From Paraspadella gotoi (Eukaryota; Animalia; Chaetognatha), in assembly GCA_051294375.1 (NCBI GenBank), contig CM119268.1:12593770-12657769 (forward strand): DNA of 64,000 nt. Direction: 5' to 3'. Each line of letters starts with the position of its first letter. The first letter of the stretch is position 1. Below the pieces are notes generated by a model. It saw only the letters and a program-made list of their open reading frames with translations, was not told where the DNA came from and searched no databases. The translations under genes were made by a program, and so were the position numbers. Positions 50,618 through 62,786 of this stretch are shown here, piece after piece.

Positions 50618-53600
50618 CTGAAATAAAAAAGCAATTTGACAATTAAAGACAATAAGAAGATTAAAGCGAATAAACGAATGAGTATTGAGCAAGAAAATTG
50701 GCACTAATGGCACTAATAGCGGCTGAGAAGGCTTGATTAAAGTCAAAACTTGTCCCTTTTTTAATTTATAATAAAACTCATTGTTTATAATGCATAGTCG
50801 TTAATTTTTAGAACTAAAATTTTCTTTAAGCATCAATGAATGAAAAAGCCGTTTTCTTATCAAACCTATAATCATAATTCAAATAAAAAAACCAATTTTC
50901 TCTTATTTTCAAAATAATTGAATTTCAAAGAAATTCACCCACGCTTCCACATTTAAAAAAGTTAGAAGAAATAAATAAATTTTAAAAAAATATATTTTTT
51001 CTTGGCATTGATTGACCCTTTGGGATTCATGTCGGCTCATGGGTTTGAATAATCCCATATAAGTTCTAATTGTATACAAAATTTTCTTAAAATTAGTTGA
51101 CAATCTTGTCAAAAACCGATTAATGTAAAAAAAATGTCAATTTTAATATATAGTCTTTTTAATTGTTTAAATCGTTTTACAGTATTTGTGAACCAAAACA
51201 AAAAAAATTAAAGTATTAGCGTTATAAAGTAAATATAATTTGATTAATTTACTAAAGCATGCTGACCGATAACTGCCTTGGTTCTTTCAAAAATCTGTGT
51301 CTTTTTTCAAACCGGAAGTAGTTTCGCGCCAAGTGGCGAGGAAAGTCCATAAAGAGCATTCGAAAAAAATTTTTAGGTTTGAATATCGTTTTCTCCAGCA
51401 AAATTGGATGGAAACCTTGCAAGAATCAACAACTTCAAAAAATGTGTGATATTTCTGGGAGGTCTAATAAAAGAAATAATATCAATTCTAGACCATTTTA
51501 ACAGCTTACTAAGAAAACGACATATTTTGTGACTGAATAATTTATTTTGTAATATTAGAGCCTATAACTAGTTTTTTATGATATATATTGCATAATTGCT
51601 TTGTTATAGCAACATACTAACTATGACAAGAAAAAAACCATTTTATTTATAGTTGATTCAAAAACTATTAATATTGCGTAATTTTTATCAGTTTCTTGAG
51701 CGTTATTTCCGGTTTTGGACACGCCACATGGTAAGAAGCTTTTTTTTAAAAATTTTAAAGTAAAACTTATTAAATAATGAGAGTAACTTAAAATTTAGGC
51801 AATTATTATTTTTATAAAACTATTTTCTTAATCTTGCAATTAAAAGAAAAGAGAAAATTCCATGTTGTAGTCAACGTCAACTTCCGGTCAATTGTGCGTA
51901 GGTCTAACGCAAAATCTGATTGAGGAGACCTTGTTAATCGTTTTAAGCACTTAAAAATTATACTAGAAACTGTACAGGATTGTAAAAATTTTCGATGCAT
52001 GGTTTAAAAAAACAGTGTCGTGTCGGCATAACACGCCAGTGACATGGGGTGGTCACTGCAGGTCCAAAGCCCTGATCGCCAGCTGTCGGGAGATGCCTCA
52101 CACCCAGGATCACAACATTGTCCCTCCGTTGCCATAATATAACAGTTTATCTCTAAAGTCAAAATATAGTTCTGAGAAATAAAACTTAGGGAAAACCTGG
52201 AAAAAGATCCTCGGGTGAAATCGCAAGGGCCGTCGCGAAAGGATGACCAGCAGCAGTGCCGCCCGAACCGACGAGGCCGAGCAAACGCTGGACTCCCACG
52301 TAAATGAAGGAAGCCAAAAGCGAGAAAAGAGCTGCATGGGCGATGACCGAGACAACGGAGAAATTGGCAAAAGAGATGAGAAGGACTAAAGTGACGCCCA
52401 TGGCGACACCAGATCGCATCGGTTCGCGCCAATAGATGAGATCAGTGACACTAGGAGGGGCACCGCTTAGAAATCCGAAAAGATCCACGTTTTCAACCGG
52501 AGAAGACCGCGGCGAAGACTGCGGGAAAGCGGGGTTTGACATATCGGTTTTCGACTCCACAGCTTTCGCCGTCGTTTCTTTCTTCCGAAATTCTTTTTCG
52601 AGTTGACCAAATGAAGCGTAAGGAGCGCCGACTTTATCAGCGACGTAGGCGTCAATGGCGTAATTATCTAAAGAATCAGGTTCGTCGAACTCGTCGTCGT
52701 CAACAAGCTCGGTAATAAGAAGAGGCGCAACCAGAGGTTTTTGCGTAGGGACGGAGACTGCGACTTCACAATCAGGAGCGGAAGCAATCTTGTCATATGT
52801 TTCGTTGGTTGGAACACGTCTCTCTGCAGGTTCTTTCGCTGGAACAAATTCTGTCGATTCTGTGAAGACGATAGAAGCAGCGTTTGGCGCCTGAGCCTCT
52901 ATGACACCGACTTCTGTGGGAAAAGTAGCAGGTTCGGACTTCGTTGTCAGCGCAAACGGATCAATGGATTCTCCACCAGCGGTTTCTCTTTCCGTCTTAG
53001 TCGAGGGAGTCAAAAAGGGTGCAGTTTCGAAATGGGATTCGATATTTGGTTCTCCAATAGTTTTAACACCAGGATTAAAATCTATTAAGTGTGATGTTTC
53101 ACCGAACGGGCTTTCAACGGGAGAGGTTTTTGGCATTCGTACCATAGTTGGGTTCGTTTCTTCTTCCGGCATTCCTTCTTTCATCGGTGGGGCGTCTTGA
53201 TCGTTATTGGCCGGCACCGAATCAGGCAAAGAATCAAAGACCGAGAGGGGCGCCGATTCTGGTACCGACTCCGTTAACGAGGAGGGCACCAATGGGTTAA
53301 GAGAACTCTTTTGCTGCTCTTGTCCTTGAAATTCATCTTTTGATATATAGTTAAAGGTCTGTATGAAGGTTTCTCCTTCGTTCTGGGAGTCTTTTTCAGG
53401 GTTCACAGATTCAGAAGGTTCAATTTCCGAAACATTGGGCAGCGACCCTAATTTCGTCCCCGGTGTCTGATTAACAGGCATCTCCAACGAATGTGTCGGC
53501 GTTGTCTGAATGTCCACCAGCGCCACAGGATGCATCTGGCGCACCTCATCATCAAATGACGCCCCCGAATGTGTAGTGGTTTCATGATAATCAACGGGCG

Positions 53601-54282
53601 CCACAGAATGTGTCTGCAAGACCTTATCTTCAACTGTCGTCCGCCGTACCTGATTATCAGCTGAAACCAGCGAATGCATCTGCTGTATCTCATCAACCGG
53701 CGACACTGAATACATGGGCGACCCCACATTATCGATTGGCGAATACATCAGCGGTGCCTTGTGTAAAGGTACCACCGAATGCGTCTGCGACACCTCATCA
53801 AGAGGCTGGGCCGACTGGGCGTCGAGAAGCGGTGCGCCGTCCACCTCAGCTATTCTTTCTTCCTCCGTCGCCCCCCCTTTCAACGGTTGAACCTCGACCT
53901 CCTCGTAACCTCGTGCCATCGTCTCGGGAAGTTTAGTGAAAGATTCCTGAGGAATTCCAATCATATCATCATCTACTTCCAGGGATGAACCTTCAGCAAA
54001 GCAAGCGTCGACGAGAAATGTGGGCAGCGGCGCGGCCGGAGGAAGTCGGTAGTTGGGAACACCATCTTCGAATTGGACAAGGTCTTCGATCTTCATGGGC
54101 GCAGAATCCCAGTTGACGTTGTTGGCGACATTCCCATTCAACTTTGAGCCAACGTCACCGGCGTCGGTGGGCGTGATAGAAGACGGCGCCGGTAAGGTTA
54201 CGCCGTTGTCTTCTTTGGGATTGGCGTTTGCCGCGTCGCCGGTATCTTGCAATGAGGGAAATTCCAAACCAACTTGATCCAT
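35790..54282 (-). CDS. Long-form reticulon (RTN family): acidic disordered N-terminus plus C-terminal reticulon homology domain, ~818 aa
   Basis: Exon 54282-52197 (ORF ends with VTDLIYWREPMRSGVAMG..FSVVSVIAH..GHPF, donor G|GTTTT) joins in phase 1 to exon 36160-35790 (acceptor CTCATAG; LRRWFFVADVVDSLKF..VGDSFNLMTL..FSLPVLY..QID), typical RHD motifs. 2457 nt, in frame. 16,036-nt intron. Confidence 0.92.
36769..37001 (-). mobile_element. Same tRNA-derived repeat, full-length copy
   Basis: Reverse complement of 11809-12043; acceptor stem GCGGCCA/TGGCCGC intact. Confidence 0.8.
38629..40907. mobile_element. Non-autonomous TIR DNA transposon, hAT-like (8-bp TSD), inserted in the ORF of LTR copy 2
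   Basis: Termini TAGCGCGGAG..CTCCCGCGCTA with subterminal inverted similarity; perfect TSD TTGAGTAG (38621-38628, 40908-40915). Confidence 0.85.
41435..41459. other. Assembly gap (25 N)
   Basis: Run of 25 N. Confidence 1.
41460..45795. repeat. Indel-rich inverted (mirror) copy of ~37400-41434; probable assembly artefact
   Basis: Colinear reverse complement of the left flank of the gap with many 1-2 nt indels; forward sequence of the LTR element resumes at ~45805. Confidence 0.85.
47140..47244 (+). mobile_element. Head of a second, degenerate tRNA-derived SINE; body continues at 52028-52140
   Basis: B-box-like GGTTCAATCCC at ~47197; GC-rich sequence resumes after the inserted TIR element; the tail resembles the reverse complement of 62817-62865. 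Confidence 0.5.
48142..48185 (-). ncRNA. Minimal type I hammerhead motif, core C3->U variant
   Basis: AAACA-TTGATGA-A-GACTC-loop-GAGTC-GAAA-CAT-GTC-TGTTT; perfect stems I and II. Confidence 0.7.
50288..50486. mobile_element. ~200-bp palindromic MITE
   Basis: TGAGATAATTTTGGTCTCACGCTCGCGAAGGAAAACATTCGAACG pairs with CGTTCGAAATGTTTACTTTCGCGAGGCGTGAGAACCAAAATATCTCA. Confidence 0.7.
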
Positions 54283-54648
54283 GATTATAAAGCGATTTTT
54301 TTTATTATAGTTTTTAGTTTTTGCAGGTTTTTAAATTTTTTTGTGTGTGTTGCTTACTAAAACAAAAATACAGGTCTTGCAAATAAAGCAGTCGGAAAGG
54401 TCACGCGATCCACAGAACTCAGATTAACCACTTAATGTTTTTCAATTTTCTGGAGAATGAATAAAATAACTTGTCATATTATTAATATTAGCAAGATTAT
54501 AAACTACACTCGATATTATGAATAATAAATTAATAACACTTCACTGATAAAAGCAACAAAAGAAGAAAAACATGCTTAGTTATCCTCAGTTACATGTATT
54601 CTTCAAAAATTGTCAGAATTTTACTTCAGAATATATCAATAGCGGTTG

Positions 54649-55385
54649 TCAACGAGGTTTCCATTTTTTCTTGTTCCCCTTTCCCACTTCATAGTCATCT
54701 TCTGGATTCTCCCTTCTTTTACATTCTACCTTTTCTTCCTTATCATTCTCTCCTAATTCTATCTTTTCTTTATCTTCTTTATTTTTATCGTTTCCCCTCG
54801 GCCTGAGTCGACCCACGTAATTCTCCACTCCCATATGCTCATTCACTCCCGTCTCCCAGTGGTCCTGGACGAGTTCGTGGTCGTCAGTCCCTTTCGCAAA
54901 GTCTTTGGTCAGCATCTCGGGTACTTCAATGTCCTGCATCTCCGGGACGATCATGTCCTGCAAATTAGCTTCATCTATGTCCTGCGAAGGTTGATTGTCC
55001 AAATCAAGATCCATCGCAGATTTTCCGCTAGTTTTCGCAAAGGGGCTCGCGACTTCAAAGCTGAGAGGAAAACCGAGGGAAGGAAACAAGTATAAAATAA
55101 AGAGGTAAATGGAAAGGAAAAAAATACAAAGGAAAAAGTAAATTGGAAAGGAAAAAGGAAAAAAAATAGGTCAAAAATCTTAAAAGCATAAGGATCGTCG
55201 CAATTGCATAAGAAAAATCTGGATTGACGACAAATTTTGATACTAAAAAAATCAAATTTGAGAAAAATAAAGAAAATTTAAAAAAATAAATAAAAAAAAT
55301 AATCCGCGAAAAAAATCCACGAAAATCTCGGATGTAAATTTGGGAATAAATGGCAATAATAAAAGTTTTTAGAAGGAAAAAATTA

Positions 55386-55448
<63 letters not shown>

Positions 55449-58400
55449 AAAGAGAAAGAAGCCAAATCATTTTCATCAGCAGAGGCACCCAGAAAAAAAG
55501 AAAGAAATCAAAAGGCAGCAGCAGAAGCAGCAGGAGAAAAAAGAGAAAAAGAAATAGCCCCTGCAAACTCAAAAGGCAGCAGCAGAAGCAGCAAGAGAAA
55601 AGAGAGAAAAAGAATAAGCCCCTGCAAAGCCAGCTGCAGACTCGTTTTTTTCCCCTATGAATATGAACTCTGGTTAAAACTCTGCAAAAAAAACGTGTGC
55701 CAAATAGCGCCCTAAATTATGCTAAAAATGGCTAATTTTTTTTAGTATGCTAAATATTATGCCAAATTATCTTTTAGCTAATTTAACGCAAAACTGTTAC
55801 AAGCGTACAGAGAAATTATTATTATTAGAGCCTATGAAAAATTATTTAGATAAAAACAAAAAAAGAAAAAAATTAGACTTTTTGTGAATTGATTAATGCT
55901 TAAGCGATGAGCCAGTCAAGTCCTGTAAAAGGTGTTTTGCAGCAGTAATTTTCAAACAGACCAACCAACCAACTGACGTCATAGTATTTTGCTCTTGTAA
56001 AGTTGCTTTAACATGCTATTACTAGTATTACAGAACTACACAAGCATCTCAGAAAAAAATTGGTATTAACCAAATACTTTGGCTTTATATAAATGCTAGC
56101 AATCCGTTCCTGGTCTTAAATAATTTTAATAGGAATAAATATGATTGTTATCAAAGAAATAAATAATAAAATAACCAAATAGCATATTTAATACAGATTT
56201 ACAAAGTGTTTTTCATACTCTGTCCAATGCTGTAGATCAAAAAACCTTAAATTTTTTTCACATTTTGAATATGCAAAATCGTATGCTATATGCCAGATCA
56301 TTTTTTTACTGACTAAACTGTCTGAAATTATGCCAGATCTGGCACACGTTTTAACCAGAGATTATGAATCAGTGACTAGGGAAAAGAGAGAGGGAGAGAG
56401 ACATGTAATTAAAAGAGAAAAGAGAGAAAAAGAAATATGAGAATAAAAGAGAGAAAATTTGTTTGTTTTGATAAAACGTAAACAAAACATATTTAATAAC
56501 TGTCCAGACTCAATTTTAAGCACATCGATGATGAGAAGCTGTATATAAATTTTCAGCTTCATACACCCAAATTTAATCATAAAAAAGCGATCTATAATTT
56601 GGAACGCCGACGACGACGACAACTACGACGCCACTTATGCGCAAAAGTGTTACAATATCGTCCCAAATACTTAGCGATTGCGACGATAAAAAGTAACTTT
56701 AAATAAATAAAGTCTTCCTCAATCTCTAAGAACGACGTAGACTCTTACTTAAATCTTAAATTTCATTATAATCTTTACTTATCTATCCCTCTAATTAGGG
56801 TTCCGTTAACCGTTAATTTTTAAGGAACTTCGCTTAACCGTTAAAACTAACGTTTTTAACGGTTAACCGTTAAAATCGGTTAATTTTATAATTTAACTTT
56901 AAATTTAAAATATTAATATTTAAAACAAATTAAAGTATTTAATGGTATTTTCTCCTTAACTCCGGCTCCTGTATCGTCTTTATCTTCTATTTCAGATAGA
57001 TGAGGTACACATTATAGTTGATAAATGAGAAAATTGGTTTGAGAAAACTATCTTGAATCTACCTATCAGCTAATCAAATAAAGCATTATCATAAATCTTT
57101 CTTTTGACTTATAGCATATAAAAATATGAAAAAAGACAATGAAATAAAAAGCACAATGTAATTCTAATTCTGTATTTTTTGTTTTCTCTTTCTCTCTTTT
57201 CTTTCTTTCTTTCGCTTTCACTTTTTCTATTTCTCTCCTCATTAGTTTTATAGTTGTTAGTTTCTTGAAAGCATGTTTCTGTTGTTAGTCTTTCATAAAC
57301 TATGACTATAAATATAATTATGAATATTGTGTTAAGACTTTCTTTTCGTTGCTTTATATATAAGTAAAAGCAAAGTTTATTTGTTTACAAACAACGGGTT
57401 TTTATTTAAAAAATGGACATGTTTCGACTCTCACGCGCTGATGTAGACTCGGAAAAACTAGAGTCGAAACATGTTCGTTTTTTGGAATAAAAACCCGTTG
57501 TTTGTAAACAAATAAACTTTGTTTTTCTCTAATTATAAATATCAATTTATTAATTGAATGGTTAAATGATTGATTGATCAAAGAGTTATTAATTAATAAA
57601 TTTTTTTTTCAATTTTATTAAAGTAAAGTATATCATCATTGAAAGATAGTTTTAGTTAGCCTTAATGTCTTTTCAACGATTTATTCCTTCTATTGTTCAT
57701 TTTTTAAATGTTTTCTAATAAATTTTATTGTTTTTTTAATTTATTCGGTTTATTTTTATTTACTTCTTTGTTCATTTTAAAAAGGGAAAGAAAAAGTGAG
57801 AAAAAGTAAAATTAGAAAGATTTTTTTTTTATTAGCAAAATAGAATATTATTGCATGTAAGAATTTTATTTGCAAGAAAATATATGCAGATGAATATTAT
57901 ATTTCAAAATATTCTTTGATGTAAATGTATAAAATTAGCTGAAAGGAAAAACAAAACAATTAGGAGAAAGTAAGTAAAAAAATACTGGAAGGGCCGAAAA
58001 AAACGATAAGAGATTAGGATAGAAAAAAGATTAAAAGGGTTGAAAATAACAAAGGGAAAAAAAAGGTGAAAAAATGTAGAAGAGACAAGAAAAGGAGAGG
58101 AGAATAAGAGAGGACAGGAAAAAAAACTTTTCTCTTAAAAAATCAAAGTTTTCCTAACAAAAAATAAAAAAATCATACTTGAAAATTAACCGAATTTAAC
58201 CGTTAAAATAAATATATTAACGGTTAAGTTAAAATTATTTTTAACCGTTAATAACCGTTAACTGTTAACGGTTATCGGAACACTACCTCTAATCTAAAAT
58301 CTCAAATTTCTATTCATCTAAATTTCATCTTCATTCTCTCAAATTTCAAATTAATTTATTTCAATTTGTTATTAGACAGAATATTTCAAGTTGCTATTAT

Positions 58401-58601
58401 CTTTGTTGTACATTGCTCAAATGTATTTGTTTATATTTTCCTCTCTTTCTCTCTCTACTCTTTCACCAAATTTTCATTTCTTTTCACAACTTATTCAAAT
58501 TGGCCTTATCTAAAATCTGTCCTCACCACTGATCAGTGATCACTGTCCTTTCACAATTCTTTGTTGGAAACTTTAACCTTGCTCTTCTTCTCTCACTCTC
58601 G

Positions 58602-58637
<36 letters not shown>

Positions 58638-61600
58638 TTAACTCACAAATTGTATTCCAATTCACAAATATCAAGCGCTGATGAAGGCTCGAAATTGTGA
58701 GCTGAAACATGTCTGCTTTATCACAAATAAAATCGTTGTAAAAAATTCAAAAACTTTGCTAATCTCTTACAACAACGAAAGAAATGATTATACCATGAAT
58801 ACCATTCTGATGTAAAAAATAAAGGTGTAGAGTACAAGTGGGGAGCTTTCTTTTTATTTTACCCTCACAATGTCCCAGAACTGATCGCAGAGCGTCGGCT
58901 TATCGAAGGGGGAATAGCCGCAAAAATATTAAAATAAAGTAGAATCAAAATTCGAATAGTAGATAATGAACATTTTTAAATAAAATAAAATATTTTTCAT
59001 TTTTTAATTTTCGCATACGCCCATATTTATATAATATATATATTGGTTGTACCAATTTCATATAATATAATATATATAATATAATAAAACAATATAATAT
59101 ATTATACAATATACATTATACATAGTAGTCACCATAGAAAATTCTAAAATTTTAAAATAGTTTTTTCCTTTTTTTTGAAAGCAGATTCGAATTCCTCCCG
59201 AAAAGTTGATAAAAGAAAATATAAATCTTTTTAGAAAATTATTTCATTAAGTGGATCAAAATCCTAAAAAACTGTTATAGTTAACTTATAATTTTAGAAT
59301 TTTTAATTAAAACTTATATTGTCTTTTATCAACTTTTAATGAGGAATTCGTATCTGCTTTCAAAACTAAAAAAAAACTAATTTTAAATTTTGAAATAAGT
59401 ACTATGTATATTAGGGTGGAGTGATGAAAAGATTGAGTAGATTTAACATTTATTTTTTTGCTGCCTATGGACATATAATAATGAATTTTAAATCCTTTTA
59501 AAAATTTTTTAGCATAACAGTATAGCAAATTCAATTATTTATGTAGTAATATCCTTATAAAATCTCAAATTTCAAAATAATTTTTTTTATTTTTAAGAAC
59601 TGATTTGGATTCGCTGTAAAAAACTAAGAAACTTTTATAAAATATGTTATATTATATTTTAATGTTTAGATGACAAAAAATGATTAAAAAGTTTTTACAT
59701 ATATAAGTTTTTATTACAGAGAATAAAAAGTGAGGAATTTTCACCTTTTTTCTTATTTTAAACATTGAAAATGACAGATTTTTGATAACATGTTTTATAT
59801 TTTTGATTCAACTTTTTATGAAGAATCTGAATCTTTAATAAAAGTTTTATAAAACTTATTTTTAAAATTTACTATTTTATAAGGATATTACTATAAATTT
59901 TATATTTTACTATTCTGTTCCCGAGATAATATAAACAAAATATTTTTTGTACTAGTTACTCATACTATCTCACATCTAAATATCATTGTTCGATCATTCA
60001 TATAAATTTTTTGTTCTTGAGTGCTCCACTCTAATGTATATTGTATAAATTTGGGCGTATGCGAAACTTGATAAATTAAAAAACAAAAATTTTGATCTGC
60101 AACTTTCACTACGCCTTAATACACATACTTTAGATAAAAAAATAATTTTTGATAATCGAATGTATTCCAGTTATAGAGCTTGCCGTCTCAGAAATTCTGT
60201 ACACACTAACCAACTTTATTAGAAGGAGAGCGAACCTTGTATTCTGAGTTTCTTCCTCTCGCAATAAAGTCTCGAGGCGATAAATTTCTCGCCAAAGTGG
60301 AGCCTCGTCGCGCGCGACCTCTTCAGCCAACGCTCTTGTCCGATCCTTGGTAAGGTAATTTGGATCATACATTTAAGGTTGAAAAAACATTATGGCCACG
60401 AGAAGCTTAATTGAAAGATATTATTTGAATAATTATTAAATGCAGCCTAAAGTTTTTTAACGAATGATAATTAAATAATTAAAACAGATCCGAAAGGCGG
60501 CGCCCAAAAATCTAAATTTAAAATAAAAAGGAAGAATAAAAACTACCCAAATTATGGCTCAGGGAAAACTGAAATGAAAAACGTTGATAAGGGTGGTAAA
60601 TGAAGTACTTAAAATTCGAAATATTTAAAACCAGAAAAAAAGTAAAAATAAAATGGAGAATAATTCATAAATAAATTTTTAAGAGTTTTAAAAAAAATCT
60701 TTAAAAAATTATTTAAAAAAAGTATAGAGGACTGGTCCGCCAAAATGTAAGAATTACAATAAACATAAAAGCCGCCGTTTAAAAAGATTCCCATTTTGCA
60801 TGACGATTCCATTATTATATGATTATCTACTATTTAGTAATTATTTTATAAAACTTATACAACCAATAAAAATAGGTTTATCAATCAAAGGAGCCATCAA
60901 TCAGGCTTGCCAGTCTGGAAGTGGGGAACGCCAGTAAGGATAAAGCGGAAACCAGTTCTGCCATTTAGGCTAAAATGCCAGTTAGGATAAAGCGGAAATC
61001 AGTTTTGCCATTTAGGCTGAAATGCCAGTAAGGATAAAGCGGAAACCAGGTCTGCCATTTCGGCAGTAATAAAGCAGATATATTCTTATACTTAGTCAAG
61101 GCTTCAACTACTTCTCACCATGGCGTCGTTGACGTAATCGTTCATGACGGCGACGAGGACTCGATGCTGGCAGATTTGACTCTCAGCGAGAGCCTCGGCC
61201 ACCTTTGGTTGCAAAGCGGACGGTAGAAGGGACGGGCCAGCATCAGCCGGCGTCAGGTACCTCGTGAAAGTCGGACCATTTTATCACAACGAATTAAGAA
61301 TAATTTCGTATCAAATTGGGTACAAATAAGTAACACCCATACTCACCTGTTGGACGCATCTGTTGAATGGAGATTAGGAATTTCCAATTGCAATGATTCA
61401 ATATCGCAACAATCCTCTTCCCTAAAATTAAATAGCAAACTAGGCTAGACAGAAGGCTTCATATTATAAAATTTGGTACCCCTTTTTTGTGACCAGGATC
61501 TGTTCCCACCAAACAACCCGATCGAATTTTATGAAATTTTACATATAGAGTCCTAATGATGATATAAATGGAACTATCGAGGCGAATTTTGATATTCAAC

Positions 61601-62765
61601 CCCTGAAAAGAGATACAGGTCCCTGGGTTGGACTCCTAGGGGGCCAAAAAAGGCTAAAATTTTGTTTTTCATTTTTTAAATTTTTTTTGTAGCATCAAAT
61701 GCATTGATGTCTTAAAAAAACATTTTAGAACTAAATTTGATAAATTTTCAATAATTAAGCATTGTTTGAAGATTGATTGAACATCTGATGTTCATGAAAC
61801 GGAAAATTAAGGTAAACTAATATTTTTAAGGTAATAAATACGTTTTTGTGGAAAAGTAAACGTCTATACAATTGTTCAAAACAAAAATAATACAAAAATT
61901 TGAAAAAAAATTTTGACCATTTTTTGCCCCAATGGGTGACCCCCCGAGGGGCCCATATCTCGGCTCAGGGTTCAAATATTGAAATTCGCCTCGATAGTTC
62001 TATTTGTATTTGCATACAAATCATTCATACTACATTTCAATAAATTTGGTCCAGTAATTTTTTCGGAACGTGTTCTGGTCACAAAAAACGGGTACCTCAT
62101 TTTATTTTATAATATGAAGACTTCTGTATTCATTCAAATGGAGTAGTAGCTCATACTTCTCCCGTCGAATGCGATAGAGTCTCCTGGCGAAGCCTTTGAC
62201 GCCCTCGGGATGCTGTTCGTTGCGCGTCTCCTCCAAACGGAGAAAAACAAGGGCGGATTTGGCGAGAGGATCGCGGACGGCGTCGCGGACAATCTCGTGG
62301 CGAAGCGAGTCCGTGAGAGAAGGATTTGGGAAGCGGGAAGGAGGCGAAGACCGAAACCACCCAACAATATCCTCTTGAGAAAAAAAAAATATCCATTCAT
62401 GAGTTAACAGAGGTCGCAAGGAAGGGAAGGGAAGGATGCAAGGACAGACAGAGGGGCGTTATCGCAAGACCATTTTATAAAAGTCCGTCGGACAAAAGAC
62501 TGACAAAGACTATGGGAGGCCGCGACAAAAAAATTTATGAAAGAGAAAAAGAAAAAGATGAAGACGAAATATGTAAAGTAATATAAAGCAGAAATGAATG
62601 ATGAAGAAAAAAATACGAACCGACTTGACAAATCCAGGAGGAATTCCCTCTCGCTGCTAACAAGATTCCATCCTCGTCCTCCACTGCATTGCCCACCTGA
62701 AGAACAAGATTATATTTAAAGGTCGAGAAAATTTCAACTAAAGTCTGAATAAAATTGAATCTCAT
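54649..62765 (-). CDS. Divergent Abraxas/FAM175-like (BRCA1-A/BRISC scaffold, MPN- domain + coiled coil), ~366 aa
   Basis: Proposed exons 62765-62621, 62373-62157, 61421-61347, 61260-61119, 60345-60236, 55060-54649, phase-compatible GT-AG (1101 nt). LVLQVGNAVEDEDGILL aligns by eye to Abraxas LAFQHLNTDSDTEGFLL; IVGWFR, ALVFLRL, LEIPNL and a coiled-coil exon follow in Abraxas order. First junction and start codon uncertain. Confidence 0.68.
55668..56360. mobile_element. TIR element with ~8-bp TSD
   Basis: CTCTGGTTAAAAC/GTTTTAACCAGAG; flanks AATATGAA/ATTATGAA; splits a repeat seen intact at 28060-28100. Confidence 0.75.
56796..58285. mobile_element. hAT-like non-autonomous element (1490 bp)
   Basis: TIR TAGGGTTCCG../..CGGAACACTA; perfect 8-bp TSD CCTCTAAT. 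Confidence 0.88.
57340..57525. mobile_element. Penelope-like terminal fragment in inverted arrangement with degenerate hammerhead
   Basis: Palindrome centred ~57445; CTGATGTA-GACTC..GAGTC-GAAACATGTT. Confidence 0.65.
58673..58718 (+). ncRNA. Minimal type I hammerhead ribozyme motif
   Basis: AAGCG-CTGATGA-A-GGCTC-loop-GAGCT-GAAA-CAT-GTC-TGCTT, followed by AATAAA and CAACGAAAGAAA. Confidence 0.75.
60930..61063 (+). repeat. 47-bp tandem repeat x3 (intronic)
   Basis: Units start 60930, 60977, 61024 (GCCAGTAAGGATAAAGCGGAAACCAG..). Confidence 0.9.
61450..62126. mobile_element. Family M MITE (intron of Abraxas-like gene)
   Basis: Same TIR and interior. Confidence 0.82.
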
Positions 62766-62786
62766 CGAAGATATTGTGACGGTATA

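Larger units (their letters stand above)
47245..52019. mobile_element. ~4.8-kb long-TIR (MULE/foldback-like) non-autonomous element with nested insertions
   Basis: Long imperfect inverted arms (47245-47600 vs 51620-52019; 49130-49330 vs 51290-51450), termini ACACTGTTTTT..AAAAACAGTGT, flanking duplication GTGTCGGC (47237-47244, 52020-52027). Confidence 0.75.

Noticed and set aside
52741-54277. Plus-strand ORFs overlapping reticulon (similar ones over ST7 and Abraxas-like exons)
   Set aside because: Antisense shadows of GC-rich coding exons with no independent motifs.
54649-55089. Stand-alone 146-aa gene or reticulon first exon
   Set aside because: Has a good acceptor at 55061 in the phase left by the 60236 donor and ends in a stop; better explained as last exon of the Abraxas-like gene.
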